From contig CBDDFZ010000002.1 of the NCBI GenBank assembly GCA_965227515.1, positions 1,280,001-1,344,000 on the forward strand: 64,000 bases of DNA, given 5' to 3'. The notes below the pieces were generated by a model that saw only the letters and a program-made list of their open reading frames with translations, was not told the DNA's origin and searched no databases. The number at the start of each line of letters is the position of its first letter. The first letter of the stretch is position 1. The translations under genes were made by a program, and so were the position numbers. Below are positions 28,711-38,608 of this stretch, piece after piece. Source of the stretch: Alphaproteobacteria bacterium. GTDB lineage: Bacteria; Pseudomonadota; Alphaproteobacteria; CALKHQ01.

Positions 28711-29304
28711 ATGCGTTATCACGTGATCTTTGGCCATCCGGTCGAAACCAGCTATTCCGCCAGTGTATTCAAAACCGCCTGTCGCGCGCTTGCCGACGCG
28801 GGCCACGACGTGGACCCGGCGGACCTCTATGCCGAGGGGTTCGAGCCCTGTCTCAGCCGGCAGGAGCGCCAGTGCTACCATGACACGGAGATCAACACCC
28901 AAGGGGTCGAAAGCTATGTCGATCGCCTGCGCGCCGCCGATGGTGTCGTGATGGTGTTCCCGGTGTGGAACTTCGGCCCGCCCGCCATCGTCAAGGGGTG
29001 GCTGGACCGGGTGTGGTTGCCCGGCGTGGCGTTCCGGCTCGACTCCGGCAGCATCAGGCCGGCGCTGGACAATATCCGCCGGTTCGCCGTCGTGGTGAGC
29101 TACGGCCAGCGCGAATGGATTGTGCGCTGGGTCATTGGCGACCCGTTGCGCAAACAGCTGATGCGCTCGTCACGGCGGTGCCTGAACCGGCAGGCCAGAA
29201 CGCTGTGGATGCCGCTCTACGACATGAACCGCAACGATGACGACGTGTGCCGGCGCCATCTGGACCGGGTCGCGGCGGGGATGACGCGGCTTTGCGCGCC
29301 TTGA
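28711..29304 (+). CDS. Flavodoxin-like fold NAD(P)H-dependent oxidoreductase
   Basis: GHP...S, DLYAEGFEP and FPVWNFGPPAIVKGWLDRV motifs. Confidence 0.88.
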   Translation: MRYHVIFGHPVETSYSASVFKTACRALADAGHDVDPADLYAEGFEPCLSRQERQCYHDTEINTQGVESYVDRLRAADGVVMVFPVWNFGPPAIVKGWLDRVWLPGVAFRLDSGSIRPALDNIRRFAVVVSYGQREWIVRWVIGDPLRKQLMRSSRRCLNRQARTLWMPLYDMNRNDDDVCRRHLDRVAAGMTRLCAP

Positions 29305-29320
29305 GGGGAGTGTAAGCCGC

Positions 29321-29965
29321 ATGCGCGCGCTGGTCGTGTACTGCCATCCGGTGGCAGACAGCTTCTGTGCCGCGGTTCGCGCGGCGGCCGAAGCCGGGCT
29401 TGCCGACGGCGGCCACGAGGTCGAGGTGATCGATCTCTACGCAGAGGCGTTTCGCCCGGCGCTCGACGAGGGCGAGCGGCTGGCCCACCTGGAGCCGGCG
29501 CCCGATGGCCTGGATCCCGTGCTGGTGCGGCACATCGAGCGGCTGCAGGCGGCCGAGTTGCTGGTGTTCGTCTATCCGACCTGGTGGTACGGCCTGCCGG
29601 CGATGCTGAAGGGGTGGATCGATCGGGTGATGCGCATCGGGGTCGCCTATGACCTGCCGCCAGGCGCCAACGTCATCACGCCGGAGTTGAGACACATCCG
29701 CCGCATCGCCGTGGTGACCACATATGGGTCGCCGTGGTGGCTGATCCGCTATGTCGGCGACCACGGTCGCCGGCTGATCTGTCGCGGCATGCACCTGTTG
29801 TGTCCCAATGCCCACCGCCCTGTTTGGCTCGGTCTCTACAGCATGGATACCATCGGGCCGAAAGAGCGGCAGCGCTTCCTTGGGCGCGTGCGCCGGCGGT
29901 TGTCCAGCTTCGCCGCCGCCACTGAGCGGCGCCAATCCAGCAACGACTTGCCGGACCCGAAGTGA
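29321..29965 (+). CDS. Flavodoxin-like fold NAD(P)H dehydrogenase (quinone)
   Basis: YCHP..DSF, DLYAEAF.P, YPTWWYGLPAMLKGWIDRV and TTYGS motifs. Confidence 0.9.
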   Translation: MRALVVYCHPVADSFCAAVRAAAEAGLADGGHEVEVIDLYAEAFRPALDEGERLAHLEPAPDGLDPVLVRHIERLQAAELLVFVYPTWWYGLPAMLKGWIDRVMRIGVAYDLPPGANVITPELRHIRRIAVVTTYGSPWWLIRYVGDHGRRLICRGMHLLCPNAHRPVWLGLYSMDTIGPKERQRFLGRVRRRLSSFAAATERRQSSNDLPDPK

Positions 29966-30155
29966 TGAACGATGGCGCGCGCAGCTGCCGCGAGTAACAT
30001 CCGTAGTAATCCCGAAAATCTACGGAAAATTTGATGCGCCTTTACGCATTTTTCAGGCGTTGACCCGAACTTTAGTGGTGCAAGACGCTGAGATAACGCA
30101 ATATGCGGTCGAATAGCTCGACCCGAGGCCCAACAATTCACGACTGGCATAGTGC

Positions 30156-32261
30156 ATGAAGTTCCTGCCGGCTTCATCTAACCGCGTGACGTGGATCATC
30201 CTCGGCACCGTTTTCGTCGGGCTGATCGTTTTTACGCTGTTCAGCACCCAGAACATGCGTGCCGTGGTGGAGCAGGCCGAGATCGAGCGCCTGGAGGTGG
30301 TCGCCGATTCCCATCAGAAGGAACTCAACCTTCTTCTGGACGCCTATCTCGGCAAGGCACGATTGATTGTTAGCCGGACGCGATTGCGGCAGATCCTATC
30401 CGGCCAGGCGTCAGGCCTGGGCGAAGACGAGATGTCGGCCATGTCGGCCATACTCGTGGACGCTGCCGCGGCGGACGGCACCGTCCGATCTATCGCACTG
30501 GCCGGGCTGGGCGGCACGGTGGTGGCCGCGACCGATCCCGAGACGATTGGGCACGACGCGCGCGCGTTGTTCGGGCCATCCATGGACCTTGCTCGCCAAG
30601 GTCAGGTGGAGATTCTGGAATCGGTCCCGGTGGGCGAAACGGTCGGCATCGTGGCCAATCTCCCGGTCCCCTGGGAGTCGGACCTCATCGGCAGCATTCG
30701 GATCGTTTTCTCGTCGGATGCGTTCGACCAAGCCGTGCTCGGCACCCGGTTTGGCGAGACCGGAGAAGTGGTCCTCGGCCAGCGAGATGGCGATGGCAAC
30801 GCCGTGTTCGTGGTCGACCCGAGGGCCGGCGCCGAGGGTGCGCTCTCGTTGCTGGCGCCGGCCGAGCGTTTCGACGTGCCGATGATCCGGGCGCTTCGTG
30901 GCGAGGCGATCGTGATGCCCGAGGGCTCGGTCGATTACGACGGGACCGAGGTCATCGCCGTCACCCGCTACATTCCGCGATTGCGCTGGGGTTTGGTGGC
31001 TAAGATCGACCGCGACGAAGTGGTGGGGAAGGCGACCGACGGTCAGTGGATACTGCTGTTTGTCGCCCTGCCGGTCATCCTGTTGGCCGCCATCGCCGGC
31101 AGCGTCGTTGTGCGCCGGCTCCGGGCCGAGCATGTCAATCGGGCGCGCACCGAGGCGTCGTTTACCGAGATGTTCGCCAACTCGCCCAACGCGACCTTGA
31201 TGATTGGCACGGACGGCATCATCGCCCAGGCCAATGCGCGCGCGGAAATGCTGTTCGGCTTCAAGCCGGGGAAGTTGGTTGGCAAGCCGGTCGACGACCT
31301 GGTGCCCATGCACCAACGCGCCGGCCACGTGGCAATGCGACAGCGCTACAACGCGCAGCCGACGGCGTACAATATGGGTCAAGCCCGAGACTTGAAGGCC
31401 CAGCGCCTCGACGGTTCGGAAGTGCCGGTGGAGGTCAGCCTGACACCGGTTCAATTTGGTTCGCACACCATGATAGTGGCGTCAGTGCTGGACATTTCCG
31501 CGCGCAAGGACATCGCGGAACTGAGACGGGTCAAGGCCGATCTGGAAGCTCATGCCGGCGAACTCGCCCGCAGCAACCGCGAACTGGATCAGTTCGCTTA
31601 CATCGCGTCGCACGACCTGCGCGCGCCGCTGCGCGGGATCGACCAGTTGGCGCAGTTCATCGAGGAAGACGCAGGCGACGTGCTGCCCGCGCAGTCGCGC
31701 CAGGATCTCACGCTGCTGCGTGGCCGCATCATGCGGCTGGAAAACCTGCTGCACAGCCTGCTCGCCTACTCTCGCGTCGGGCGGAAAGAGGCAAAGCCGA
31801 CCAGGGTCGAGCTCCCGCCATTGATCGACGAGTTGGCGGAACTTTATGTCCCGGCCGATCGTTTCTCCGTTTCCGTGCCCAGGAACCTGCCGGCGCTGTT
31901 TGCGCCGCAGCCGGCGGTCGAGTTGGTGTTCCGCAACGTTCTGATGAATGCGGTGAAGCACCATGACAAGGCCGAGGGCCGCATCGTCGTGGAGTGGGGA
32001 CTTGACGGCGACACATTGCAGATCGACGTCACAGACGACGGCCCGGGCATTCCCGACGACTACGCAACCAAGGTGTTTGATCTGTTCCAGACCCTGGAAA
32101 GAAGAGACAAGGTCGAAGGCAGCGGCATGGGGCTGTCCATCGTCAGGAAGACCTTGGAACTCTATGGCGGCGCGGTCTTCGTCGTGCCGGGCCGCGAAAG
32201 CGGCACGACCATTCGCATGATCTGGCCAGGCGCGATGAAGGCCACGACCATGGCGGCATAG
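30156..32261 (+). CDS. Sensor histidine kinase (periplasmic Cache-like region, PAS, HisKA, HATPase)
   Basis: Two TM segments; PAS (NARAEMLFG, DGSEVPVEVSL); SHDLRAPLR, NAVKH, DDGPGI and GSGMGLSIV motifs. Confidence 0.93.
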   Translation: MKFLPASSNRVTWIILGTVFVGLIVFTLFSTQNMRAVVEQAEIERLEVVADSHQKELNLLLDAYLGKARLIVSRTRLRQILSGQASGLGEDEMSAMSAILVDAAAADGTVRSIALAGLGGTVVAATDPETIGHDARALFGPSMDLARQGQVEILESVPVGETVGIVANLPVPWESDLIGSIRIVFSSDAFDQAVLGTRFGETGEVVLGQRDGDGNAVFVVDPRAGAEGALSLLAPAERFDVPMIRALRGEAIVMPEGSVDYDGTEVIAVTRYIPRLRWGLVAKIDRDEVVGKATDGQWILLFVALPVILLAAIAGSVVVRRLRAEHVNRARTEASFTEMFANSPNATLMIGTDGIIAQANARAEMLFGFKPGKLVGKPVDDLVPMHQRAGHVAMRQRYNAQPTAYNMGQARDLKAQRLDGSEVPVEVSLTPVQFGSHTMIVASVLDISARKDIAELRRVKADLEAHAGELARSNRELDQFAYIASHDLRAPLRGIDQLAQFIEEDAGDVLPAQSRQDLTLLRGRIMRLENLLHSLLAYSRVGRKEAKPTRVELPPLIDELAELYVPADRFSVSVPRNLPALFAPQPAVELVFRNVLMNAVKHHDKAEGRIVVEWGLDGDTLQIDVTDDGPGIPDDYATKVFDLFQTLERRDKVEGSGMGLSIVRKTLELYGGAVFVVPGRESGTTIRMIWPGAMKATTMAA

Positions 32262-32322
32262 GTATGGGCGCAAGCCACCGCGCTGCAAGGTACGCAACAC
32301 TCTGATTTCCGAAAGCGGGGAC

Positions 32323-32781
32323 ATGAGGGACATCGATAGTCAACTCACCATCGTCATCGTTGACGACGACGATGTTTCCGTTCGGGCGATCAAGCGCGCA
32401 CTGCGCAAGCATGGCGTCACCAACCCGATCGCGGTTGCCCGCGACGGCGTGGATGCCCTGGAATTGCTGCGCGGCGAGAGGGAAGATTCCCTGGAGTGGC
32501 CGTATCTCGTGCTGTTGGACATCAACATGCCGCGCATGAACGGCATCGAGTTCCTGGAAGCGACGCGCAAGGACCCGGAACTGACCGACACCGTCGTGTT
32601 CGTCCTGACGACATCGGACGACGACCGGGACATGATGGCGGCCTACAAGCACCACATCGCGGGGTACCTGCTGAAGAGCCGGGCGGGGAACGACTTCGTC
32701 AACCTGGTGGCGATGCTGGAGAACTTCTCGATCACCGTGACGTTCCACCAGAAGGACAAGACGCCGGTCGGCGTTGCCTGA
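32323..32781 (+). CDS. Single-domain response regulator (Rcp1-like)
   Basis: VDDDD, LLDINMPRMNG, LTTS..D.D and YLLK motifs. Confidence 0.93.
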   Translation: MRDIDSQLTIVIVDDDDVSVRAIKRALRKHGVTNPIAVARDGVDALELLRGEREDSLEWPYLVLLDINMPRMNGIEFLEATRKDPELTDTVVFVLTTSDDDRDMMAAYKHHIAGYLLKSRAGNDFVNLVAMLENFSITVTFHQKDKTPVGVA

Positions 32782-32887
32782 CCGGCTGGGCAAGAAACGC
32801 GACCGCACGCCCAGGGGAGTGGGCGTGCGGCGCTGCAGTGCACGACCGGCCTGCATGGCTGGCGTGCACCGCGGGTGCTGACCGAGC

Positions 32888-33862
32888 TTACTCGTACGAA
32901 GCCCAGTCCAGATCGGACTCGATCAGGGTGTAGCCCGGCGTATCGGTGTCGAATTCGGCCATCGCCTCCAGTGCTTCCTCCGACGTGTCGATCAGCACCA
33001 GGGCCTCGTGCTCATCGGAGTACTGGAACGCGTTCAGCCGCACCGCCCGTTCGCTGTCGCCGATGCCCAGGATCGCGTCATCGAGCGAGATGATCAGGAA
33101 GAGCTGATTCTGGTCGTTGCGGGCAATGTCCTCGACCGTGCCGATATCGTCTCCGTCACGGTTCAGGATGTCGAGGCCGACGATCTCGTCGACGCCCCAC
33201 TCATTGACCGCCTCGCGCGCCGGCATCGTTGTGCCGACCGCATAGGCCTCTTCGATTTCCGCGATCTCGTCGTCGGCCATGGCATCCGCCATCGGCGCGC
33301 TGTAGGCGGCGACAAGGTCGTAGCCGGCGGCGGCGATATCCGGCACCTGCTCGGCACCGCTCATCACCGTGTAGAGACGGGCCATGCCGCCATAGGGGCC
33401 CGCGGCCGGCGCGCCGGAACTGACGCCATAGCGGTCCCAGACCACCAGGGCGTCGGCCTCGGCGTTGTAGTCGAACTGCGGCAGCGGGACCGCGTGATCG
33501 CCGGGCATCAGGCCCGCCGCGTCCTCGGTCGCCGTGACGATCAGGTAGACGCCGCCGGTCTGGCTGTGCGCGACCATGCGCACGGCACCGACAAGGTTGC
33601 CGGACTGGTCGTAGACGTCCATGCCCTCGACCTCGGCGGCCGACATGCCGGCCAGGTGCAAGGCGGCGTCGCCTATTTCGTCGGGGTCGAAATAGGCAGG
33701 ATCGGCGGCGCCAACCTCGACCAGCTGTTCGGCCTTGTCGTCGTTGACGGCCTGCGCCGCTTCCGGGTCGGTGTTGGTCATGTCCTCGGCGGCAGCGGTG
33801 CCGATGCTCAGGACGAGCGCGCTGGCGGTACCGAGCAGCATGCGATGAAGACTGTTAGCCAT
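32888..33862 (-). CDS. Secreted protein with two PRC-barrel domains
   Basis: Signal peptide; GMDVYDQSGNLVGAV and IVGLDILNRDGDDIGTVEDI...ILGIGDSERAV motifs. Confidence 0.8.
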   Translation of the reverse strand: MANSLHRMLLGTASALVLSIGTAAAEDMTNTDPEAAQAVNDDKAEQLVEVGAADPAYFDPDEIGDAALHLAGMSAAEVEGMDVYDQSGNLVGAVRMVAHSQTGGVYLIVTATEDAAGLMPGDHAVPLPQFDYNAEADALVVWDRYGVSSGAPAAGPYGGMARLYTVMSGAEQVPDIAAAGYDLVAAYSAPMADAMADDEIAEIEEAYAVGTTMPAREAVNEWGVDEIVGLDILNRDGDDIGTVEDIARNDQNQLFLIISLDDAILGIGDSERAVRLNAFQYSDEHEALVLIDTSEEALEAMAEFDTDTPGYTLIESDLDWASYE

Positions 33863-33946
33863 CGTTATCCTCCATGGATTGCAGTGGCCGCAGGTCTCTG
33901 CGGTGGGCAGGGTCACCGGTTCGGTGTGCCCTGCTTCTGCTCATTC

Positions 33947-33971
33947 AATGGATGACGGATGGTTTGGTTCC
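33947..33971 (-). promoter_or_regulatory. EcfG (general stress response sigma)-type promoter
   Basis: Minus strand reads GGAAC-N16-CATT, about 85 nt upstream of the PRC-barrel gene. Confidence 0.65.
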
Positions 33972-34022
33972 GGCTCATCTCGCGACCATTGTCGCAAGGG
34001 CCGAAGGGCAGGGTCCCGGCGA

Positions 34023-34724
34023 TCAGACCGTTAGGTAGCCACGCACCTCGGTCTCGCGCGCGAGCAGGGTCTCGCGGTCGCCGGCGAGCACCACCTGCCC
34101 GCGGTCGAGCACGATGAAGCTGTCGGCCAGATCGCGGGCGAACTCGAAGTACTGTTCCACCAGCACCATCGCCATGTCGCCGCGCGACGCCAGCGCGCGA
34201 ATGGTCTCCTCGATTTGCTTGATGATCGAGGGCTGGATGCCTTCGGTCGGTTCGTCGAGGATCAGTAGGCTCGGACGGGTCACCAGCGCCCGGCCGATGG
34301 CAAGCTGCTGTTGCTGGCCGCCCGACAAGTCGCCGCCGCGCCGGCCCAACATGTCTTTCAGCACCGGGAACAGGGTGAACACTTCGTCGGGGATCGACCG
34401 CTTGCCGCGCGGCAGGGCGGCGAACCCGCTCCGCAGGTTCTCCTCTACCGTCAGCATGCCGAAGATCTCGCGGCCCTGCGGCACGTAGCCGATGCCGCCA
34501 GACGCCCGGCGATGGGCCGGCGCGCGCGTGATGTCCTGCCCCTCCCAGGTGATGGACCCGTCGGACACCGGGGTCAGCCCCATGATCGCCCGCGACAGGC
34601 TGGACTTGCCGACGCCATTGCGGCCCAGGACGCAGGTGACCCGGCCCTTTTCGCTCGTCATGTCGACGCCGCGCAACGCGTGGCTGGCGCCGTAGTGCAG
34701 GTGGACGCCGGCAACGTTCAGCAT
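34023..34724 (-). CDS. urtE: Urea ABC transporter ATP-binding protein
   Basis: GRNGVGKS, YVPQGREIF, DLSGGQQQQLAIGRAL and DEPTEGIQPSII motifs. Confidence 0.93.
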   Translation of the reverse strand: MLNVAGVHLHYGASHALRGVDMTSEKGRVTCVLGRNGVGKSSLSRAIMGLTPVSDGSITWEGQDITRAPAHRRASGGIGYVPQGREIFGMLTVEENLRSGFAALPRGKRSIPDEVFTLFPVLKDMLGRRGGDLSGGQQQQLAIGRALVTRPSLLILDEPTEGIQPSIIKQIEETIRALASRGDMAMVLVEQYFEFARDLADSFIVLDRGQVVLAGDRETLLARETEVRGYLTV

Positions 34725-34737
34725 CGAAAGAATCCGC

Positions 34738-35529
34738 TCATCGGCCCAAATACACCTCGATGACGCGCTGGTCGGCCTGCACGTGGTCCAGCGAGCCCTC
34801 GGCCAGCACCGAGCCTTCATGCAGCACCGTCACGCGCACACCGAGCGCGCGCACGAACTCCATGTCGTGCTCCACCACCACCACGGTGTGGGCACCGGCG
34901 ATGCGGCGCAAGAGGTCGGCGGTCTGCTCGGTCTCGGCGTCGGTCATGCCGGCCACCGGCTCGTCCAGGAACAGAAGCTCCGGGTCCTGGATCAGCAGCA
35001 TGCCGATCTCCAGCCACTGCTTCTGCCCGTGCGACAGGGTTTCGGCCGGCACGCCGGTCTGGTCGGCGAGCCCGATGGTCTCCAGGATCTCGTCGATGCG
35101 GCGCTGCTGCTGGTTCGACATGGAGGCGAACAGGGTCGCGAAGACGCCGCGATTGTTGGCCAGCGCCAGTTCCAGGTTCTCGAAAACCGTATGGCGCGGG
35201 AACACGGTCGGCCGCTGGAACTTGCGGCCAATGCCCATGTTGGCGATGGCGGCCTCGTCATAGCGGGTGAGGTCGGTGCCGCCCTTGTAGACGACCCGCC
35301 CGGTGTCCGGCTTGGTCTTGCCGGTGATGATGTCCATCATCGTGGTCTTGCCGGCACCGTTGGGGCCGATCACGGCGCGCATCTCGCCCTTGTCCAGCAC
35401 CAGGCTCAAGCCGTTCAGCGCCTTGAAGCCGTCGAAGCTGACGGTGATGTCGTCGACGTGCAGAAGGGTTGCATGGCCCGCCTTGGGTGCGGCAGGCGTT
35501 GGCGCTACAGTGGCCTCGGCTTCGCTCAT
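34738..35529 (-). CDS. urtD: Urea ABC transporter ATP-binding protein
   Basis: SFDGFKALN, GPNGAGKTT, GRKFQ and LSHGQKQWLEIGML motifs. Confidence 0.93.
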   Translation of the reverse strand: MSEAEATVAPTPAAPKAGHATLLHVDDITVSFDGFKALNGLSLVLDKGEMRAVIGPNGAGKTTMMDIITGKTKPDTGRVVYKGGTDLTRYDEAAIANMGIGRKFQRPTVFPRHTVFENLELALANNRGVFATLFASMSNQQQRRIDEILETIGLADQTGVPAETLSHGQKQWLEIGMLLIQDPELLFLDEPVAGMTDAETEQTADLLRRIAGAHTVVVVEHDMEFVRALGVRVTVLHEGSVLAEGSLDHVQADQRVIEVYLGR

Positions 35530-36692
35530 TCCGCCGGCTCCGTGGCCGCCGCGCCATCCGGTTTCCCGGCCTTGCGACGCTGGTGGAACGAGGACCACCA
35601 GGAGGTGATGGAGCCCAGGATGCCCTTCGGGAAGAACAGGGTGACCGAGATGAACAGGCCGCCCAGGATGAACAGCCAGTACTCGGCGATGTCGCCGGTG
35701 GTGAAGAACGACTTGGCATAGTTCACCAGCACCGCGCCAAGGGCCGCGCCGACCAGGGTGCCGCGGCCGCCGACCGCGACCCAGACCACGATCTCGATCG
35801 AGTTAGCCGGCGAGAACTCGCCCGGGTTGATGATGCCGACCTGCGGCACATAGAGCGCGCCTGCGATGCCCGCCAGCACGGCCGACAGCACGAACACGAA
35901 CAGCTTGTAGTGCTCCACCCGGTAGCCGAGGAAGCGGGTGCGGCTCTCCGCGTCGCGGATCGCGGTGGTGACCCGGCCGAGCTTGGACGCCACCACCAGC
36001 CGGCAGATCACGTAGCCCACGCCGAGCGCCACCGCGCTGATGATGAACAATACGGATCGGGTCTCCGGCGACTGGATGCCGTAGCCCAGGATGTCCTTGA
36101 AGTCGGTCAGGCCGTTGTTGCCGCCGAAGCCGGTGTCGTTGCGGAAGAACAGCCACATCAGGGCGAAGGTCATCGCCTGGGTGATGATCGAGAAATAGAC
36201 GCCGGTGACGCGGGAGCGAAAGGCGAACCAGCCGAACACCAGCGCCAGCAGGCCGGGGATCAGCAGCACCATGATGGTTGCGAAGCCGAAGCTGTCGAAG
36301 CCGTGCCAGTACCAGGGCAGGGCGTCCCAATCCAGGAACACCATGAAGTCGGGCAATTCCGCGTTGCCATAGACGCCGCGCTCGCCGATCTGGCGCATCA
36401 GGTACATGCCCATGGCGTAGCCGCCGAGGGCGAAGAACGCGCCGTGGCCGAGGCTGAGAATGCCGCAGAAGCCCCAGATCAGGTCCACCGCCAGCGCCAG
36501 CAGCGCATAGCACAGGTACTTGCCGAGCAGTTGCACGGTGCCGCCGCCGATGTGCATCGGTGAGTCCGGCGGCACGCTGAGGTTCAGCGTCGGCACCACG
36601 ATGGCGGCAATGAACAGGATCGCCAGCAGCGCCTGGCCGGAGCGGTCGAGCCGGCTCCACAGCGGGATGTAGTTACGCGTGGTCGATGCCAT
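35526..36692 (-). CDS. urtC: Urea ABC transporter permease
   Basis: GKYLCYALLA, LSLGHGAFFALGGY, LPDFM, GVYFSIITQA and GGNNGLTDF motifs. Confidence 0.93.
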   Translation of the reverse strand: MASTTRNYIPLWSRLDRSGQALLAILFIAAIVVPTLNLSVPPDSPMHIGGGTVQLLGKYLCYALLALAVDLIWGFCGILSLGHGAFFALGGYAMGMYLMRQIGERGVYGNAELPDFMVFLDWDALPWYWHGFDSFGFATIMVLLIPGLLALVFGWFAFRSRVTGVYFSIITQAMTFALMWLFFRNDTGFGGNNGLTDFKDILGYGIQSPETRSVLFIISAVALGVGYVICRLVVASKLGRVTTAIRDAESRTRFLGYRVEHYKLFVFVLSAVLAGIAGALYVPQVGIINPGEFSPANSIEIVVWVAVGGRGTLVGAALGAVLVNYAKSFFTTGDIAEYWLFILGGLFISVTLFFPKGILGSITSWWSSFHQRRKAGKPDGAAATEPAE

Positions 36693-36750
36693 GCGCATGG
36701 GTCAGCGTGTCCTCTCGCTCGTGAGGTGGAATGTGCTCATGGCCGCGCCG

Positions 36751-38400
36751 TTACGCTTCCGCCGCCCGGCCCTTGAGCGCGAACAGGCCGCGCGGGCGCT
36801 TCTGGATGAACAGGATCACGGCGACCAGGATCAGGATCTTGCCCAGCACCGCGCCGGCATAGGGCTCCAGGAACTTGTTGGCGATGCCCAGCGACATGGC
36901 GCCGGCGAACGTGCCCCACAGGTTGCCCACGCCGCCGAACACCACGACCAGGAAGCTGTCGATGATGTAGGACTGGCCCAGGTTGGGGCTGACATTGTCG
37001 ACCTGGCTGAGCGCGACGCCGGCCAGGCCCGCGATGCCGGAGCCGAGGCCGAAGGTGAGCGCGTCGACCCGGCCGGTGCGGATGCCCATGGCCTGCGCCA
37101 TCGGCCGGTTCGCCGTCACCGCACGCATGTTCAGCCCGAACGAGGACCGGCGCATCAGCACGATCAGGCCGACGAACACGATCAGGCAGAAGCCGAAGAT
37201 GTAGAGCCGGTTGTAGGTGATGGTGAGGCCCGCGGTCTCGATCGCACCCTGCATGAACTGCGGCGTGCCGACCTCGCGATTGGTCGGGCCAAAGATGGAC
37301 CGCACCGCCTGTTGCAGGATCAGGCTCAAGCCCCAGGTCGCGAGCAGGGTTTCCAGCGGGCGCCCGTAGAGCCAGCGGATGATGCCGCGCTCGATGCCGA
37401 CGCCGACCGCGCCGGCAACCAGGAACGCGCACGGAATGGCCACCGCCAGCGACCAGTCGAACCACTCGGGTGCGACGCCGCGAAACACCTCCTGAACGAT
37501 GAAGGTGGTATAGGCGCCGAGCATGATCATCTCGCCATGGGCCATGTTGATCACGCCCATGACGCCGAAGGTGATGGCAAGGCCGATGGCGGCCAGAAGC
37601 AGGATGGAGCCGAGCGACAACCCCTCGACCAGGCTGCCGACCAGCCCCCACATTTCCAGCGAGGATTCGATGTCCGACAGCGCGTCCGCGGCGGCGGTGC
37701 GCACACTCTCTTCGGGCTCGCGGAAGCTGCCGTCGTCGTTCTGGCGCAACAGGCCGGTCAGCAGCGAGCGCACCTCCTGGTCGGGAAAGGCGGACAGCGC
37801 GGCGACCGCTTCCAGGCGGTCGGCGGGCTCGTCGGACACCAGCATGATCGCCGCGCGCGCCCGGCTCAGCGCGTCGTGGACGGTCGGGTCCTCTTCCTGC
37901 GCCAGGGCGGCCTCGACCGCATCCAGCGCATCCGGGTCCTGGGCGCCGAACACGTCGTTGGCGGCCGCCAGCCTGAGCGCCGGATCGGGCCCCATCAGCG
38001 ACATCGCGCCGAGCGCCTCGCGGATCGCGCGCCTCAGCCCGTTGTTGGTCTTGACCGGCTCCAGATCGTCCTCGGGCACCGTGCCCAGTTCCTCCAGCGT
38101 CAGCGGATCGCGGATCAGGATCTGGTCGTCGCCGGCATCCTCGCCGATCACCACCGGGCCGTCCTCGCCCTGGGTGTAGAGATTGCGGTCGCCCATGGCT
38201 TCCAGCACCGGGATCACCCGGGGGTCGCCGGTGGCGGCGAGCGTGGCGACGGCGTCGCCCTTGTCGGAATAGCTGCCCTGAGCCAGCGCCGGCAGCAGCT
38301 CACGAAACGCGCTGTCGTCTTCCTGCGCCAAGGCGGGCATCAAGGGGAGGATGAGGGCCAGCAAGGCCAGGGTCGTGGCGGCGGCCAGGTGCCGGGCCAT
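36751..38400 (-). CDS. urtB: Urea ABC transporter permease with N-terminal HEAT-like periplasmic region
   Basis: GLAITFGVMGVINMAHGE, RPLETLLATWG and IQKRPRGLF motifs. Confidence 0.92.
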   Translation of the reverse strand: MARHLAAATTLALLALILPLMPALAQEDDSAFRELLPALAQGSYSDKGDAVATLAATGDPRVIPVLEAMGDRNLYTQGEDGPVVIGEDAGDDQILIRDPLTLEELGTVPEDDLEPVKTNNGLRRAIREALGAMSLMGPDPALRLAAANDVFGAQDPDALDAVEAALAQEEDPTVHDALSRARAAIMLVSDEPADRLEAVAALSAFPDQEVRSLLTGLLRQNDDGSFREPEESVRTAAADALSDIESSLEMWGLVGSLVEGLSLGSILLLAAIGLAITFGVMGVINMAHGEMIMLGAYTTFIVQEVFRGVAPEWFDWSLAVAIPCAFLVAGAVGVGIERGIIRWLYGRPLETLLATWGLSLILQQAVRSIFGPTNREVGTPQFMQGAIETAGLTITYNRLYIFGFCLIVFVGLIVLMRRSSFGLNMRAVTANRPMAQAMGIRTGRVDALTFGLGSGIAGLAGVALSQVDNVSPNLGQSYIIDSFLVVVFGGVGNLWGTFAGAMSLGIANKFLEPYAGAVLGKILILVAVILFIQKRPRGLFALKGRAAEA

Positions 38401-38608
38401 TCCCGCGATGGCGGGCGGGCAGGGCGCCCGTAGGTGCGAACCGGCGGCGATCGTCGCGCTCACGTTAGTTGTATCCACTAGAGAACGGTGCATCTGGGTG
38501 GGTTGGTCGGCGAGGCACCGCTAACTGCGATGCCCCGCCGTGCAGTCGTGTGGCGGGCCGTGCGGTACCTGCCCGCCGCTGCGTCGGCGTGCTGCCGAGA
38601 AGCGTCGG

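Noticed and set aside
28711-29965. Tandem flavodoxin-fold paralogues as a novel system
   Set aside because: Paired NAD(P)H-quinone reductase-like genes are common in alphaproteobacteria; nothing unusual is visible here.
30145-30160. Sigma54-like TGGCATAGTGCATGA upstream of the histidine kinase
   Set aside because: The -12 GC is missing and the motif overlaps the predicted start codon.
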